Shown: positions 34,750 through 52,329 of the stretch, piece by piece
Numbering within the stretch: the stretch's first letter is position 1
How the letters are laid out: each line of letters begins with the position of its first letter
NCBI RefSeq assembly: GCF_009914755.1
Contig: NC_060942.1
Source: the human T2T-CHM13v2.0 reference genome, Homo sapiens
Strand: one strand, 5' to 3'
DNA length: 64,000 bases
Program-made: the position numbers and the translations under genes
Notes under the pieces: model-generated
The model's database searches: none
Told to the model about the DNA's origin: nothing
The model's input: only the letters and a program-made list of their open reading frames with translations

Positions 34750-34983
34750 CTAAAAAAAATGTGTACACATGGACATACAGAGTAGACTGATAGAAAATGG
34801 AAGCTTAGCAGGGTGAGGAGGTGAGAGGTGGGTGGATGATGAGAAATGACTTAGTGGGTACAAGGTATGGTATTCAGGAAATGGGTACTCTAAAAGCCTT
34901 GACTTGACCACTACCCAATCTATGCCTGTAACAAAATGGCACTAGTAACCCACACATTTATACAAATAAAAAGATAAAATAAA
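34750..34983 (+). mobile_element. Old L1 (L1MA/L1PB) 3' end
   Basis: 'gtacacatggacata...gggtacaa...ctaaaagccttgacttgaccact...gtaacaaaa' followed by an A-rich tail. Confidence 0.8.
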
Positions 34984-35654
34984 GTACCCCATTACAGTGT
35001 CTGGCTACAAGGAGAAGGGAATTTTTCTTGTGATCCACCAAGTTTTAGGTAACTATCCCTGAAATGCAGCTGTCATAACATGTCTTCGTCCCTTTTCTAC
35101 CCATCCATTAAAAACAAGTGTACTTAATTGTACACTTGAGTGTGTATTTAATTTCCTCCAGTCCCCATGTCCAGATTTTTCTAAGAGTTGAAGTAGAGCA
35201 TATTTGTTAGAAGTAGGCAGAAAAGATTATTTTACCTGAGTTACATTACCTTCAAATAATTTGCAGGCTGGTAGAATCAGGAATCTCACTAGTGTGTGTG
35301 CTCCTTTAAGAAACTATTTTATTGTTCTTTGGGTTGGCTAGTGGAATAAAATCGGAGATACTCATTTGGCCTAGCCTACACTTCCCTTCCAGATTTCCCA
35401 TCTTCCACTATCCCATTGAATCAGTGATATTCATTGCCTTAAGAGATAGTTATTGAATGGAGTACAGGATACAAAAGATCAGAGAAAGTGAAAAAAAAAC
35501 CACAAATCCCTGGCTTTGAGTTTCAAAGAAGGCCTCTGGAAATTCCCAGTAGAGGAAATGGCCTTGGGAGCAAATCTTTTCATCTTACTAGGAGCAGGCA
35601 TTTTGGAATAAAAGGCTAAATCCCCAGCTCAGCAGCAGTTAATGCCTTAACTAG

Positions 35655-35800
35655 GAGTGCTTCCCAAACTGGAAGGGGCACAGGAATCACCCGGGAGCAC
35701 TGTTAATGCACAGCTTCCTATTGGGCCTGAGTGTCTGCATTTCTAATAAGCTTGAAAATACTGCAAGCTACTGGCCCCTGGTTTACATTTTAAATAACAA
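35655..35800. mobile_element. MER5-like DNA transposon fragment
   Basis: 'agtgcttcccaaact...gaatcacccgggag...gggcctgag...tctgcatttctaataagc'. Confidence 0.65.
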
Positions 35801-36564
35801 AGCCTAAAATAATAGTTTGGAAAGTGAACAAGTGAAAAACCTAATTAATCAGACTAGAAACAATACTTTACTGTTTGGGAAGAGTTGCTTTGAGAGCTTA
35901 GCTTGTCCCTATGAAGACAGCTAAGAGAAGTCCCTATAAAAGGGCCTTGTGGCTGCTATGGTGTGGGGCCTACAAAGAAGCGGCTATGACAGCAACCAGG
36001 CAGGGCCTCTTTGGGAAGTCCTCTGGGGCACAGTGCAACAACAGTGGACGCAAAGAAATGGCTGCCGGGAACTGTACAAATGTCCTGAGCTGGCATCTTT
36101 CCTATGCCTGAAGCCACCCAGAGAGGTGGGAGAACATCCCTAAATTTCTGTGCTTCCTGAGATGGGTGTGGAATGCTTCCTAGCGGGCTAGTGAAAGTGG
36201 CGGACGGAGCCCTGGAGTTGCGATGTTGGGATGCAGAGTGACTAGGAGAATCTGAGCAGCAGGGGCCATGTGGATACCTGAGTTTTTCCAGGTAACAAAA
36301 TCAGAGCAAAATGACCAAAGGCAAGACAAAGGAGTCACTTCTCATCAAGAGTCTCATCTCATTGCAAGGATGGAGGATGCCTATAGCCCTCCTGGAATGT
36401 TAATATCACTCCAGGGAGAAAAGGAGCATTGATAGGCCTATAAATGGACTGAGCTTGCCTGAAAGAGACTGAGACAGCCCTGAGGTGACTGAAAATAAGC
36501 CCTATGTTTATCTGAACTAAAGTGATTTCCTTTATTAGGTAAAACATGGGTGTAAAATGGGAAT

Positions 36565-36685
36565 TAAGGTAATGCATATGTTAATCAGTTCAACTGAGCC
36601 ATTCCATAATGTAGACATATTTTAAAACATCGTTGTACGTGATAAATATATATAATTTTTGTTTGTCAATGAAAAAATAAAAGAT
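36565..36685 (+). mobile_element. L1MA/MB 3'-terminal fragment
   Basis: 'ggtaatgcatatgttaat...gccattcca...aaaacatc...ttgtcaat' followed by an A tail. Confidence 0.7.
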
Positions 36686-38179
36686 TAAAAATGGGGGTTA
36701 CATGGACATTTAGAAAAGAATTTTAAAACTTCCATATTTTACATATCTGAGTATACGCTTATGAAATATCTGACCTACTCCATTGCAATTCCTATTATTT
36801 AGCATATTGCTCATTGTTTAGTAGGCACCTAGTAATTATCATTTCACTGAATAAATAAAATGAAAACAACTCAGTTTCTCAAAAACAAACAACAAACATA
36901 GCAAAACAAAACAAAAGCCTCAATAACAAGTACATGAAGTTCAAGTTTAATACTGTCCTAAAGATTTTTAAAAAAAAACCTTTTAGAAGAGTGTTGATTA
37001 ACCAATGTCAAGCCTTACTAGAGACAGAAAAATAGTAAAGAAGCTTGACGCTTGGCACAAACTGAGTACATCTTAAAGATGCAGGTGCTAGTGTGGTGTG
37101 CTCAGCAAAGGAGGATGTGAGCCCAGAATTTCTGGAGATCTTTGAAAGTGGGCTAGATAAGATCTATGTAGTTCTGCTTAGAAACAGGAAAATGATGATA
37201 ATTTCTTTGTTTCTTTTTCTCAAAAAATATAGTTTCAGTTCAGCAATATAGTTTTAAATCTAATCAGAGGTCAATTTCGTCTTCACTTTGGTAGTCCTGG
37301 TTATTAATACATGCATAGCAGATATTTTAGGACCAGAGCTGAAGTTCCCATTAACACATTATTTTAATTTTTGATCAATATTGTGTGTTTGATAAGAGAC
37401 TTGGCATATAAAGCTAAAAATGCCACATGCCCTGTAGGGAGCCTTTTATTTCTAGTGACATATATTGGAGTTATTCTTCTTTGTTCATATGATTTACCCT
37501 CAAAAATCTATTGAATGTGCCCCCAGAGAAGCACAGATAGCTGTTTTAATAATCATATTGGTATTCGGGTGGAATGGAGTGGGTAGAACTGAAAGAACTT
37601 TCAGGGAATATTGTTCCTAGAATCTGTGGTTCCACCAGCCTGCGTATAATAGTTAAAGTGCAGTAACATAGCTAGAGTTTGCAGAATAAAGTTAGCAGTT
37701 GTACTCTTGTAAATATTGATCTTTCACCTCCTTCCCAGGTTTGAGAGCCCTTTGCTCATACCAGAAGTGGCACAATATGCTGCTAGGTCAACAGATGGCA
37801 GGGTTACACTATCTCTGTCTCTTTCCCACCACAAGCAAAAGAAATTTACCCAAAGCATTTGGCTATCTAGTGTCTAGTGTTCGCTTTAATAGAGCTGATA
37901 GTCGAGTCTTCAAGTTCTGCTTTTGACCCTAGTGATTCTGTGCTATTGGAAAGTGCTGATGAACTGAGATAGCCCTTCAGCTTGGTTCTCACTGGTAGCA
38001 TCTCTACAATGGAAAGCCTATGGAAGCAATGGAAGACTTGGTTCTTTGAATATAGCATAGAATATGGAGTGGTAGAATAATAGCCCATTTTAATCTCTTG
38101 CTCATATATTTTTCTTGAAACGTCTGTATCACTCATGACTATCTGGGTCCCATATTGTACTTTCAGGCTATCTATATAT

Positions 38180-38345
38180 GAAGTCTATTTTCATTCTTAA
38201 CACAGTGACTATGAAGTGGAGATTATGCCCATTGTACAGATGAGAAAAATCATGTCTAGAAAGGTGAAATAACTTGCTCAACATCCCAGGGATAGAAAAG
38301 AGCAAGGCAGAGATTTGAAATCAGGCACGCTGATCTCAAAATTTA
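38180..38345 (-). mobile_element. MIR
   Basis: 'cccattgtacagatgagaaaa...aaataacttgctcaa'. Confidence 0.75.
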
Positions 38346-39071
38346 CACTTTTTATGCATAAGAGTTGCCCAGTGTAGGAGCTGCTATATATATTTGCAAG
38401 GCCACAGAAGGGTGGTGGAGTTCAGTTGTGGTTTAATGGACCTGATAACTAACTTTTGGATGTGTATAGCATTTACAGTTTTGCTCAGTTTACTTTTGAG
38501 ACCTTCCAGTCTGGTGAGTGACAGTGAGACTCTCTCCACCAAAGTACAGAATATCTCAGGATGTGTGTATTACACACAAGAGTGGGTAGAGTTAGAAAAG
38601 GGATTCTAGCCCCCAAATCTCCTTCTTACTCCACTACTTCCATTTGTAATGTTTGAAAGACAGTTCCCTTAAATTAACCTCTGTTAGCCTATGTCATTTT
38701 GTGGGAGCAATTAATTTTTCCAGGTTCTCCTCAGCATTTTGCAGCCACCTTCAATAACCAACCTCGTGATATTTTAACTGAACCACATCACTTGTGTTTC
38801 TAACATTGATATGGATTTTACACAGCTGTTTACACTAATATGTGCTAAAATGCCTAATTACTGCTGCAATCACAGGCTGGCTCGACAGTTTTGCCAGCTC
38901 TTAAATATATAGTCATATCTTAATCAAACACAAACGTCAATAAGCATCCTAAACTCCTGCAATTTGTAAACTGGATTAAGGGCAATAAATGCAACCCTTC
39001 AAACAAGAATACAGAATTTTGCATATTTCATGCTAATATGCTCATCTGTTTGTTTTGCTGTTGTTTCCCAG

Positions 39072-39119
39072 ATTTTCAAAAATGCTTGTTGATAAAATGA
39101 AGTCAGAATGTGAGATGAG
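39072..39119 (+). other. Candidate 48-nt internal exon (unverified)
   Basis: Branch-like tgctaat, a pyrimidine tract ending ttcccag, and a GAG|gtgagt donor. Confidence 0.25.
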
Positions 39120-39236
39120 GTGAGTGTTTATTAGCATTGAGTAAAAGGCTTCAGAAGGCCTAAAGAAGGCTGTACTATAATAGTATTTTTTTAAAATGTG
39201 TGACATTTATATTTATATTAAATTGTTGGCTGATGA

Positions 39237-39576
<340 letters not shown>

Positions 39577-40944
39577 GTAAACTGTTATTACTTATATATT
39601 TTTTAGCAGGAATGAAAACACCTACTAGGTATTAGGAACGATGATAAGAGCTGGTAATTGCTTTAGAATGTCATAAATAGGCTACTGTGTGTATAAGTTA
39701 CTCTGGGATCCTGGAGAAGGAAACGTTTCTTTACCACTGAGAGCTCAGGGTAGACTTCATAAAAGAGACATGTTCGTATTGGAAAAATGGAGGATTTTCC
39801 AGGAGGACAAGCACAAGAGATACAGACAGGAAACAGAAAAAGAGCAGTCATCGTCACCAATGAAATGGAAGAGAGCAGGCAAGTTCTGGAAACTGCAGTA
39901 CCTCTGTACGAGGATAGAGGGCTGCTTGGAGAAACCTAGGAGACGTAATGTTAGGAACATCATCGTAAGCCCTGTAGATGATGATGGAATGCCTTATGAT
40001 AGTAAGACTGTGTTAGCTATAAAATAACAAGGAAAGAGAATTATAGAGCTGCCATTTGACTCATAGGAATTTTGTCTGTGGTTACGTGACCCATCTCCAA
40101 AAAAAATGTGTGCCCCCAACATCTAAGGAGCTTATACTGGAGAAGCCAATGATAGTCCATGAATATTAGTAGGAAATCATTAGGTTTGTCTCTCTTTTCA
40201 TTGGCTGACTTATTGATTGAGTTATGTATTCATTCCAGCATTGATTCAGTAAATGTCTACTTAGCCTTTACAATTTTTTAATATTTGTCCCAGTCACTGA
40301 GGAAATGACAGTGATGTTCTCTCCTGTCTGAGAATAAGAGGTTATGGGATTAATAGTATCAGGGGACTTGGCAAAGAATAAAAATGATTATATCACCCTC
40401 ATTTATTTTATCAAAAAGAACCTGCCACTTTCTTGACTTTATAGATTCTTTAATTTTACTTGTACTCACCACATTTAAGAGAATATTTTTTCCAATGAAC
40501 TCCCATCTATCTGGAATTAAAATACATGTAAGACTAAAATAACTGGAATTTTAAAAAGTGCATCGTTGTTTTATAGGGGAAATGGTAAGAAATTAAGAAT
40601 CTAGGCAACACTGACTGTAGTATACCCTGAATAAACTGCATATTTAATTTAATTTCTTATAACCTCATCATTTAAACGTTGCACAATAAAAACATGTTTA
40701 GAATGGAGACCACTACGATATATCAAGTATACTTCAAAATCAACAAAGACAGGCTGAATTATGACTAGTATAACTTTTGGACACACACGCACACTCTCTG
40801 TCTCTCTCTCTCTCCTCTTTCATAGCTTCCATAAGGGAAGAGATTACGTTAGTCTGGTTCACAGCTATATCCTTAGTGTCCTGTATGCAATGTACTTGGT
40901 AAAAATAAGTTGTGGAATGCATGATTGTTTATGATAATCACCAG

Positions 40945-41330
40945 TTGTAGGTTAAACTATTCTTCCCAATGTTCCACTGTCTCTATCCACACCCTTTGCA
41001 ATATGCTTTTGTAGCCCTTCCACCTGAGTGATGTTGGTCTTGGCTGTGTGATTTGCTTTGGCTGATGATAAGTTGATGGAAGTGATAGTAAGACAATGCT
41101 GAGCCTCATCCTCGGAAGTATCTCTGCCTTCACCTGGCTTTGTGCACCACTGCCCTGGCTTTGAGAAGAACATGACCCCAGTAAATTGTTAGTCCAGGAA
41201 GAATGAGAGGTGAGTGGAGCAAAACAGCCCAACTGACCTGAAGACATTTGAACATAGCATATATTCTAATTGCTGTATATCAGTAAGTTTTGAGGAGGTT
41301 GTTACACATCCATATTTTGTCTATAGCTGG
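40945..41330 (+). mobile_element. Old MLT1 (H/I/J-like) LTR
   Basis: 'ggctgtgtgatttgctttggc' and a 3' 'aagttttgaggaggttgttacac' motif. Confidence 0.55.
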
Positions 41331-41569
41331 CAGTCTCCCAGCTAAGCAAAATATCCCATTGTAAAAAAATCTAATTATATAGAAACATTCCAAGATCCTC
41401 CCTTTTTGTTTTTCCCTTTGACCATTTATTAACACAACTTAATAAGATGGTAATTTTTTACATTTAGCCAAAATAGTAGCAGAATGTGTGACTTACTGAT
41501 TTTTTATAATGATCAAAATTTTTTCACATTTTTAAATTTGGGTATGTTGCTTATTGGCATCAAATAAGG

Positions 41570-41770
41570 AGACATTGATTTTGGTTCCCCTGGTTCTAAT
41601 ATACTGTGTGATTCTATAAAAGGCACTTAAGCTTTCTGGGCTTTGGTTTCATTATCTGTTGAACATATGGCTCCTACCTCCATAACTGAAATATTGTGTG
41701 TATAAATATTAAATAATGTATGAAAAAAGTGCTTTTCAATGTTTAATAAACTATAAGTGTGTTAGATTAT
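41570..41770 (+). mobile_element. MIR
   Basis: 'cacttaagctttctgggctttggtttcattatctgt'. Confidence 0.6.
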
Positions 41771-42017
41771 TACTTATTATTTATTAAAGTTGAAATACTA
41801 AAATATGGTGCCAATTTTATCATAATAATTTGCTATGTGATGATAATCAGAAGAACATCTAACTTCTGAAAACTCTGTGCCTAAAGATGGATCACGTAGT
41901 GTTTCAGCTGTTTTTGTTTTGTCATTATCACCAAATTACTAATATTTCTTTAATCTAGTATGGCTTTATATAAACCAGGTAATTAGAATTTGTCACCTTA
42001 AGTTATATTTTAAATAT

Positions 42018-44720
<2,703 letters not shown>

Positions 44721-44739
44721 AATGTTATTTATAGTAAAG

Positions 44740-44995
44740 GTGACAAACAGTAAGAAAGAATCATGGATTTTGGAGCTAAAGAGATTTGAATTTATACTCT
44801 GGGGTAACTATCAACTAACTGTGTTGCCTTGGGAATGTTAAATAACCTTTCTGAGCCTCAGATTTCTCCTGTTTAAAAGAAGGATAGTGGCAAATGATTT
44901 GCAATGTTGCAGTGAGGACTGAAGATGATGTTTGTAAAATGCCAAGTGTATATTGTTTAGCACAAGGTGGGTAGTCAATAAATGCTAGATAGTAT
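44740..44995 (+). mobile_element. MIR, near full length
   Basis: 'gtgttgccttggg...aacctttctgagcctcagatttctcctgt...tcaataaatgctag'. Confidence 0.8.
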
Positions 44996-46724
44996 TAAAA
45001 TTACATCATGAAAATATTTCTATTCTATCCTCTATACTTCTTTGGCTTCAGAAACAGAATATACATGATTCCTTGCCATCATTCTCTCATCATTGATTTT
45101 TAGGTGGTGATATGATCTAAAATTTCACTAAGGTTATTCAGGTGCATACAAAAGCCAGCTTGATCTTTTAAAATTCTCTTTTCTGATTTTTATTGTCTTC
45201 TCTCCTGTGGCCATGTTGTTATCTATTGTTCCTTTCTACACATATATGCTGTTCTCTTACATTGTATCTGGTTATTTCTATTCAGTTCAAGGGCAAAACT
45301 ACCAAGGAAACCAAATTTGTATGCGATGAGTGGATCAGGAAAAAATTACAGAAGTTTTACTATATGGAATTTTTTATTTAGAGTTTAACTGCTTAGAAGC
45401 TTTTAAAATTCTAATTTCAGAAGCTGAGGTTATAAGATAAAGTATTTTTTTAGAAAACTTAGATTTTAAAATAATAGAGAAATTTAAGAAAGGTGATAAT
45501 GATACAAGGCAGACTTGATAGAAGAGGCTGCTAGTTTTCTTTTGAAGTTACATTAATTCAATAATATGTTAAAGATTCAAATATGGTTTGTCAAAATTAG
45601 TAACAGTCCCAAACAGTCCCAAAGTGGATTCTGCAAGCAAGATACATGATAAGTTCATAGCTTTTCTACAACTCCAAGTCTCTTTAGAAGGCAAATGATA
45701 ATATCTTTCTGAGTTTGGCTGCAATTTTGGTCCTTGAAAAGTAGTATGGCTAAGTCACAACATTTAGTCGTATAATTGGCAACTTCTAACCCTCCAGCAG
45801 ATGGAGTACGAGCTGCCCAATTCATCTTGTGCCTTTTTTTCTTTAGCTGCAAATGTTCAAGAGGTACATGTCATGATGCATATGGGTTTCTATTCTAGAG
45901 TGAAGATTCAATGAAATATCTTGGTCAGATTATCCTAAAGCAGAGCCCAAATCCAGGACTTGGATCGAGTTACCTTCTTGTTAGAGCAGGGAAACCATCT
46001 TGACAGAGCAGGGAAATGGAGACAAGGAAGTAGGAGGGACAACACTTTTGGAATATCAGCTGGTTTTTGCTGTGGGCAAGTAGGTCTTAATTCTACTGAG
46101 GACCCTCTAAATGTATATGTATAGAATGTGAACCTCGGAATTGTCTTTCCAGAACATGCGAAGTCCAGACATTTACCTGCTAATGCCTTTGTCTCATTAG
46201 TTGAGAGTTTCCACCACACCAGGAGTATTGTCTCCCATCCCACTCCCACGCTTTCTGACTGTGACTGTGTTGTGTGACTTTAGAGAAAGTCCTGAGGCAG
46301 AGAAGTGGAGAGAAGTTGCTGCTTGAGCTTGAGAAAGAATGGTGGCAGAGTACATGCATGGAAGTGCTACCATAGCTGCTCTGAAATCAGAGGTGGGTCA
46401 AGTGGATGGGGTGCAGGGCCCAAAAAAATTTCTGCTTTGAGATAATGTTTATGCAAAGTGCTTTGTGGTTCATTAAGTTCTAACACATGTTATTTGTTAT
46501 TAATAGTGAAAAATTCAAATGTTCTTGTTTATAATAAAACATAATAAAAGTTTATCAAATAGCATGGCTCATCCTAATTAGTAATATTGGTGATACTATG
46601 GTATAGGGTTAAACCTATTTGTTTGTAAAAGGCCAGAGATTGGGTAGAGTATTCATATGTCCATTTGTTACTTCTCTGCCCTGCTTTTTACTTCCCTAGA
46701 ACTGCTATCTGTCTACCCCTGCAG

Positions 46725-46727
<3 letters not shown>

Positions 46728-46761
<34 letters not shown>
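46728..46761. repeat. (AC)n microsatellite
   Basis: Pure AC run. Confidence 0.95.
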
Positions 46762-46764
<3 letters not shown>

Positions 46765-46974
46765 CCAGTGATCTATCCACCCCCTCATTGCTCTCAGACA
46801 TTATTATTCCAATGAGCATGTGACAAACCCATATGGGCGCAGATAAAATGAATTGGGAATACTCAGTTCTTCCTTCCATACCCCCATAGGTTGGGAGACA
46901 GGAGGTTATGATTTGAGAGGTTAATCAAACACATGCTTTGCAAAACTGCCCTCAAAACAATGACCAGAGTTGGA

Positions 46975-47115
46975 AGATTCCCAACATAAAGAAAAGATAA
47001 ATGTTTGAGATGAGGGATATTCCAATTATCCTGATTTGATCTTTACACATTGTATGCATATACCAAAATATCACATATACCCCCAAAATATATACAACTA
47101 TTATGTATCAATAAA
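46975..47115 (+). mobile_element. L1MA 3'-terminal fragment
   Basis: 'gataaatgtttgagatga...cctgatttgatc...aaaatatcaca...tatcaataaa'; flanks aatgaccaga/aatggccaga. Confidence 0.8.
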
Positions 47116-48707
47116 GATCAACAGAATGGCCAGAAACCCAGACACTTGCTACTAACCAGTAAACATGTCCAGGCCATAATTAAGCTCTATTTCCATAGTC
47201 CATAGCCTAGGCTTATCAGACTTAAACTTGTATGTTTATATAATCATCAAGGAATATCTAATAAGTGCTCATAGTGCTTGGCCCTGGTTCTCTCATTTCA
47301 AGGAAAGTGGAATTATAAGAAGACCCCATCTGACAAGGCTCATAAAGGAGAGCAACTCTTATGGAATACATCCAAGATATATACGTCTTTGAAGAAAGAC
47401 ATCACTCAACTGTGAAAGATCACCATGACCCCTGCTTTAATTTCATCAAAAAACTTAGTCCATCAGCTCAGTTACCCTTTAGCCTTGCATGGGAATTGAC
47501 TCAGAGCTTCTGCGAGATCAGGGTGAATATGAATTGTTTAGCTTCAGATGATCATTCCTAAAGTGAAAACTCCTGGAACTTATTGGCAAAAAAGAGAACT
47601 CTTTGCTATTTCTAATATAAATGTGTTATTAGAATTGGTCTACTGTTCTAATAAATAACAGTAATGGAAATGGATTGAAATAATGAAAGGTTATTTTTCA
47701 CCCCTGTTAATTTATTGAATCTGGGGGATTTGTAGGTTGCTCCACTATGCAGTCATCCAAGGACCCAGGCAATTTTCATTATGAGACTCAGTTTTATTCA
47801 GGTTCTCAGATCTTCTTGTTCTACCTTATGGTCAGGAAAAGAAATGAGGTTCTCAGGTGGGCCTGGAAGGAGTGTATGTCACTTCTACTCATCCTTTTGG
47901 TGAGAACTTAGTCATATTGCTACACCTAACTGGAAGAGAGACTGGAAATTCTAGCCTAATTGAAAGGGAAGTAGAGAACTCAGTTATGGGCAAAACCTTA
48001 CGTCTCTGCCAAATAAGTAATAGAAATGTGGGACCTAATTGAACAAAGTAATGACAATAGGAGACTTTGTTTTCTTTGTGGATCAGTTACACATTTAATA
48101 TTTTCATATCCCAAGAGAGGTGAGGCTTTATGTTTCATCTATTATGTAAGATGCTCTATTCTGGACAAATATAGACAATTTCTTCCTGAGGAATGGCATC
48201 TCACATTTCTGGCGTTTTACTGTTGCTTCTGATTCTGCTTTGATATCGTAGATGGAATAGAGAGTGAAGACAACTATTTTCATATAACTATGGTTCATGA
48301 TTGGCCTTTGGATAATCAGCCATTAGCTGGAATAGTCACCACTGATGCACTTTAATTTTATAATAGGCATCCAGCAGTTCGGTGATGAATGTCTAAGCCA
48401 GAGTGGAGGGGTGAGAGAGGAAGGGTGCTCATATATTAGAATTATCTGGAAACATTTTCAATTATTCATGCTGGTCTCAAAATAAATCAGCATCTGGTGT
48501 AGGGTTCTGAGAGAAGGGAAGTAAGACATAGATTTTGCAGAAGTCACCTTGTACCTGGCCATCCCTTCACCCAACTGAAAATCATCACTCTAGACTCTAA
48601 GTTCCTCTATTTGTTGTTGCCCCTCTTTGTCCTAGTGGCACATTTATGCTATTTTTTCCTTTATGAAGAGCAATTTTCCTAGTGAGTAATCACTTAAGTG
48701 AGTTCAG

Positions 48708-49086
48708 TGTATTGTCTGCTAGAGTTGCCAAAACAAAACGCCAAACTGGGTGATTTAAACAACAGTAACTTATTTCTTGCCATTTTGTAGGCTGGAATTC
48801 TAAGATCAAGGTGTTGGCAGGGTTGGTCTCTAGTGAGGACTCTTTTCCTTGGCTTGCAGATGGCCACCTTTTCATTATGTTATCATATGGTGTTTTCTCT
48901 GTGTACACATCCCTGGGGGCTCTTCCTCTTTTTATAAAGACGTTAGTCATATGGAGTTAGAATCCTACCCTTATGACATCATTTAATCTTAATCACTTGT
49001 CTACAGGTCACATCTTCAAATACTATCACATTAAGAATTAGTACTTTAATATATGAAGGGAGGGAGGCAAAATTCAGTCTGTAACA
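48708..49086 (-). mobile_element. Solo MLT1A/B-like LTR
   Basis: 'ttaaacaacag...ggctggaattctaagatcaaggtgttggcagggttgg...ggcttgcagatggccacc...aattcagtctgtaaca'. Confidence 0.85.
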
Positions 49087-49601
49087 TTGAAAATGTAAAA
49101 ATGTCTCCAGTGACACATACTACCTTTTGGCTTCCAAAGATCCTACAGCTTCAAATTTTCTTGAATCTTCTGGGTCACAAAAACCACCAGGAGTAATTAC
49201 AGTCCTAATTCCAGTTAGGAAAGCTGCAAAGGCAAATTGAAATTCATTATATAAAATCTAGATGAATTTAATTTCAGAATATTGAGCTGTGCCTAATCCT
49301 CCTCAAAGTAACATTCAGGTTAAGAACTGGATAATTTGTATGGCAGGCAAGTTTTCCCCTGGTCTCCCAATGTCTTCCTAAATTCCATTCTTAAAACATC
49401 TCCTTCCTTCTTTTCAGTATCTTTCTCAAAAATGTGCTATGCTCTTCACACTGAGGCTGCCAGATTTCTTCACTATCGGTCTCATCAACACCTATGCATC
49501 CTCCTGTCTCAGTCTTTTAGGTTTCTGCTCTGGGGAAATGGCAACTAGCTAATGTGATAAACAATTCAGATAAATATATAGGTGGAAGATAAGTATTTTA
49601 G

Positions 49602-49907
<306 letters not shown>

Positions 49908-50298
49908 TAGAGCCCCTCTTATATTTCCACTAATGACATGTCTTCTGAAAACTCAGAAAGGTGCTCCAAGCACACTCTCTAGTCAGGCCCCATTCCCTGA
50001 GTGTAGATAATCAGTCTTGCATTTTTCCTCCAAAGAGCTGACCCATGTAGGTATGTTCTTAGGAATAGACCATCCATTTCAAATGAGTGCATTTTATTAT
50101 GATCTACAGGGCACGGTTTTCACAAAAGCATTAAAAAAAATCTCCTGTTTTCCCCTCTCTTAACTCTTTCATGATCTGCCTATACATTATGAGGTCTGAG
50201 AGAGTAGGAAATGTATCCTATTTTCTTTTATTTCTTTAATGAATACTGTTGGTGCTCAGAAAATGTTTGGTGATTACATTTTTGTTCTAGTACAGGTT

Positions 50299-50325
50299 TG
50301 TGTGTGTGTGTGTGTGTGTGTGTGT
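50299..50325. repeat. (TG)n microsatellite
   Basis: Pure TG run. Confidence 0.9.
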
Positions 50326-52329
50326 TTGGCAAATATTACTTTTACCATTTCAGTTTTCAAAATATGCAACCCAAACAGAGATTAGAATGACTCGGATTTT
50401 GGAAGATTTTAGAAGCAGAGTTGGATTATATATTTATAAATTTTTCTAGTGCCATATCTTTTCCCAACTCCAAGTATCTAAACCAGCAGGGTTAAAATCA
50501 CGCTATTTGAGTCAGCATTCCCTTTGAATGGCATTATTATTACTGTTTATCATTGCCTCAGCTTTTGCAATAGGTTCGGTGCTGTGAAACACATTAAAAA
50601 GACACAGTTCTTGCCTTGGGGCTTACACTCAGATAGGCAAACAAACAAAGTGTATTTAAGAAGAGGTAGATTGATCACGAAAATGCAATTTCCCAGGTGT
50701 TCGTATTTGTGCTTTGGGTTCCTTTGTCTTTTAACCAGCCGTGGACTAAAGCAATCTTGAAACTTTTCTTCAAACAAAGATATAAGTGACAAGAGTTCAG
50801 GGTAAAAAACATGAGCCTTAAAGGGCAGAATACAGGGCTGAGCATCCACAGGACCTGATTCTGGGGGTCTCTGTGGTCTTGAATTACTCTCTCTCCTCAT
50901 GCTTCTTTCAACAATTCAGACTGCCAGTGGCTTCCTCACTGGAAACCAAATCATTCATTTAAAAATGGATCACCAAATTTTATGGCCCGTCTTCAAGCCA
51001 TCAAATACTGTTTAAAAAATGGACTAGTTCTCCTTACAGACTGAGATATTTATTTGAACAAAATTTAGAAACACTTTTATCTCAAGGATTTATTACCCTC
51101 CAAAATTTTAAGTTTTGAAAATCCAGTTTGTAAGCTGAAATGAGTAAAAATGTATTTCATAATTTTTACTCCTTTGGTGAACATTTTAAAAGTTTTCTCA
51201 TGCATAGAGCAAAAACAAATATTTCTATTTTGTATATTATCTTTGGTGTTTGTGGGAAATACTCGCGCATGTGTGCACGCATGTGTCTGTGTGTGTGTGT
51301 GTGTGAGTGAATGCAAAACTTGAAGTTTCACATATGAAGTACATTGGGAACACAATCTTCATGCTTGCTAAAGCTGTAGAGATGTCCACATTGCAAAGGG
51401 ACTGGCAATAGCTTCACTAAAGGGCTGGCAATAGCTTCACCAAGCCGTGTTCCGCTGCGTTTGGTCACCGTGGTCTCTAGGTGCATGGAAGGGTTTCTCG
51501 CAAGGATCTTGACCTGGGTCAAGGCCATGCATATTTAGGCCTTGGTTTCCAAAGTTTCTGTTTAATTGCACTTTTTCATCACACGCAGGAGTGTGGTATG
51601 CCCTTCCAGATGGCCCATACAAATGCTTTGTTGTACTTCACTCACTCTCTGCATGCCAAGCATCTCTGGGACTACATACATCACCAATTAGCATCTTATA
51701 TTCATTTGACAGGAATGGTTCTGCAACATTTTATACAGTTTTCTTTGATAAACATGATTTGCATGTTCTTCTCTTATAAGAAACAAGTTTGTGATTGTGG
51801 AATTTTCCTTCCTACTCCTCCCTCCCACCAAATGCTTTTCCCCATGCAGCAACCAGTTGATCTGTATTTTAGGAAAAATGTCTTTTGTGTGACATTTTTA
51901 GAACCCGAGGAGACCATGTTAGTGTGTTTACCAATGTATACCGTAGGTATTTTCTATGTCACATCTCTCCAGGGGGCTGTGTTCTTGCAGGTACATTCTG
52001 AATTTTTCAGATTCTAGATCATGAGACCTCATCATTGACCTATAAATCTGATACTGCCATCCCTTCAGGCCTTTGCAGAAGTCTTCCAGATAAACCTTCA
52101 TTTTCTGAGCTCTGTGCTGAGCATTTGATAGTGAATTTTGTGTACTGACACTGATAGTGAGATGCAGTCTTAACATGTAACAATCACATTTAGTCAATAC
52201 ACCAAAGAGATGCAATGCACCAGAAGGATCAAATTGTCACCTGGCAAATGGTGACTGTTACTTTGAAGAGTTTTCCAATGTGATAAATATTGACACTCTG
52301 GATAGTGGATAAGTAGAATGCACAGAACC

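Noticed and set aside
51481-52017. 178-aa ORF
   Set aside because: Starts at a non-ATG codon, has no recognisable domain, and its composition resembles random AT-rich DNA.
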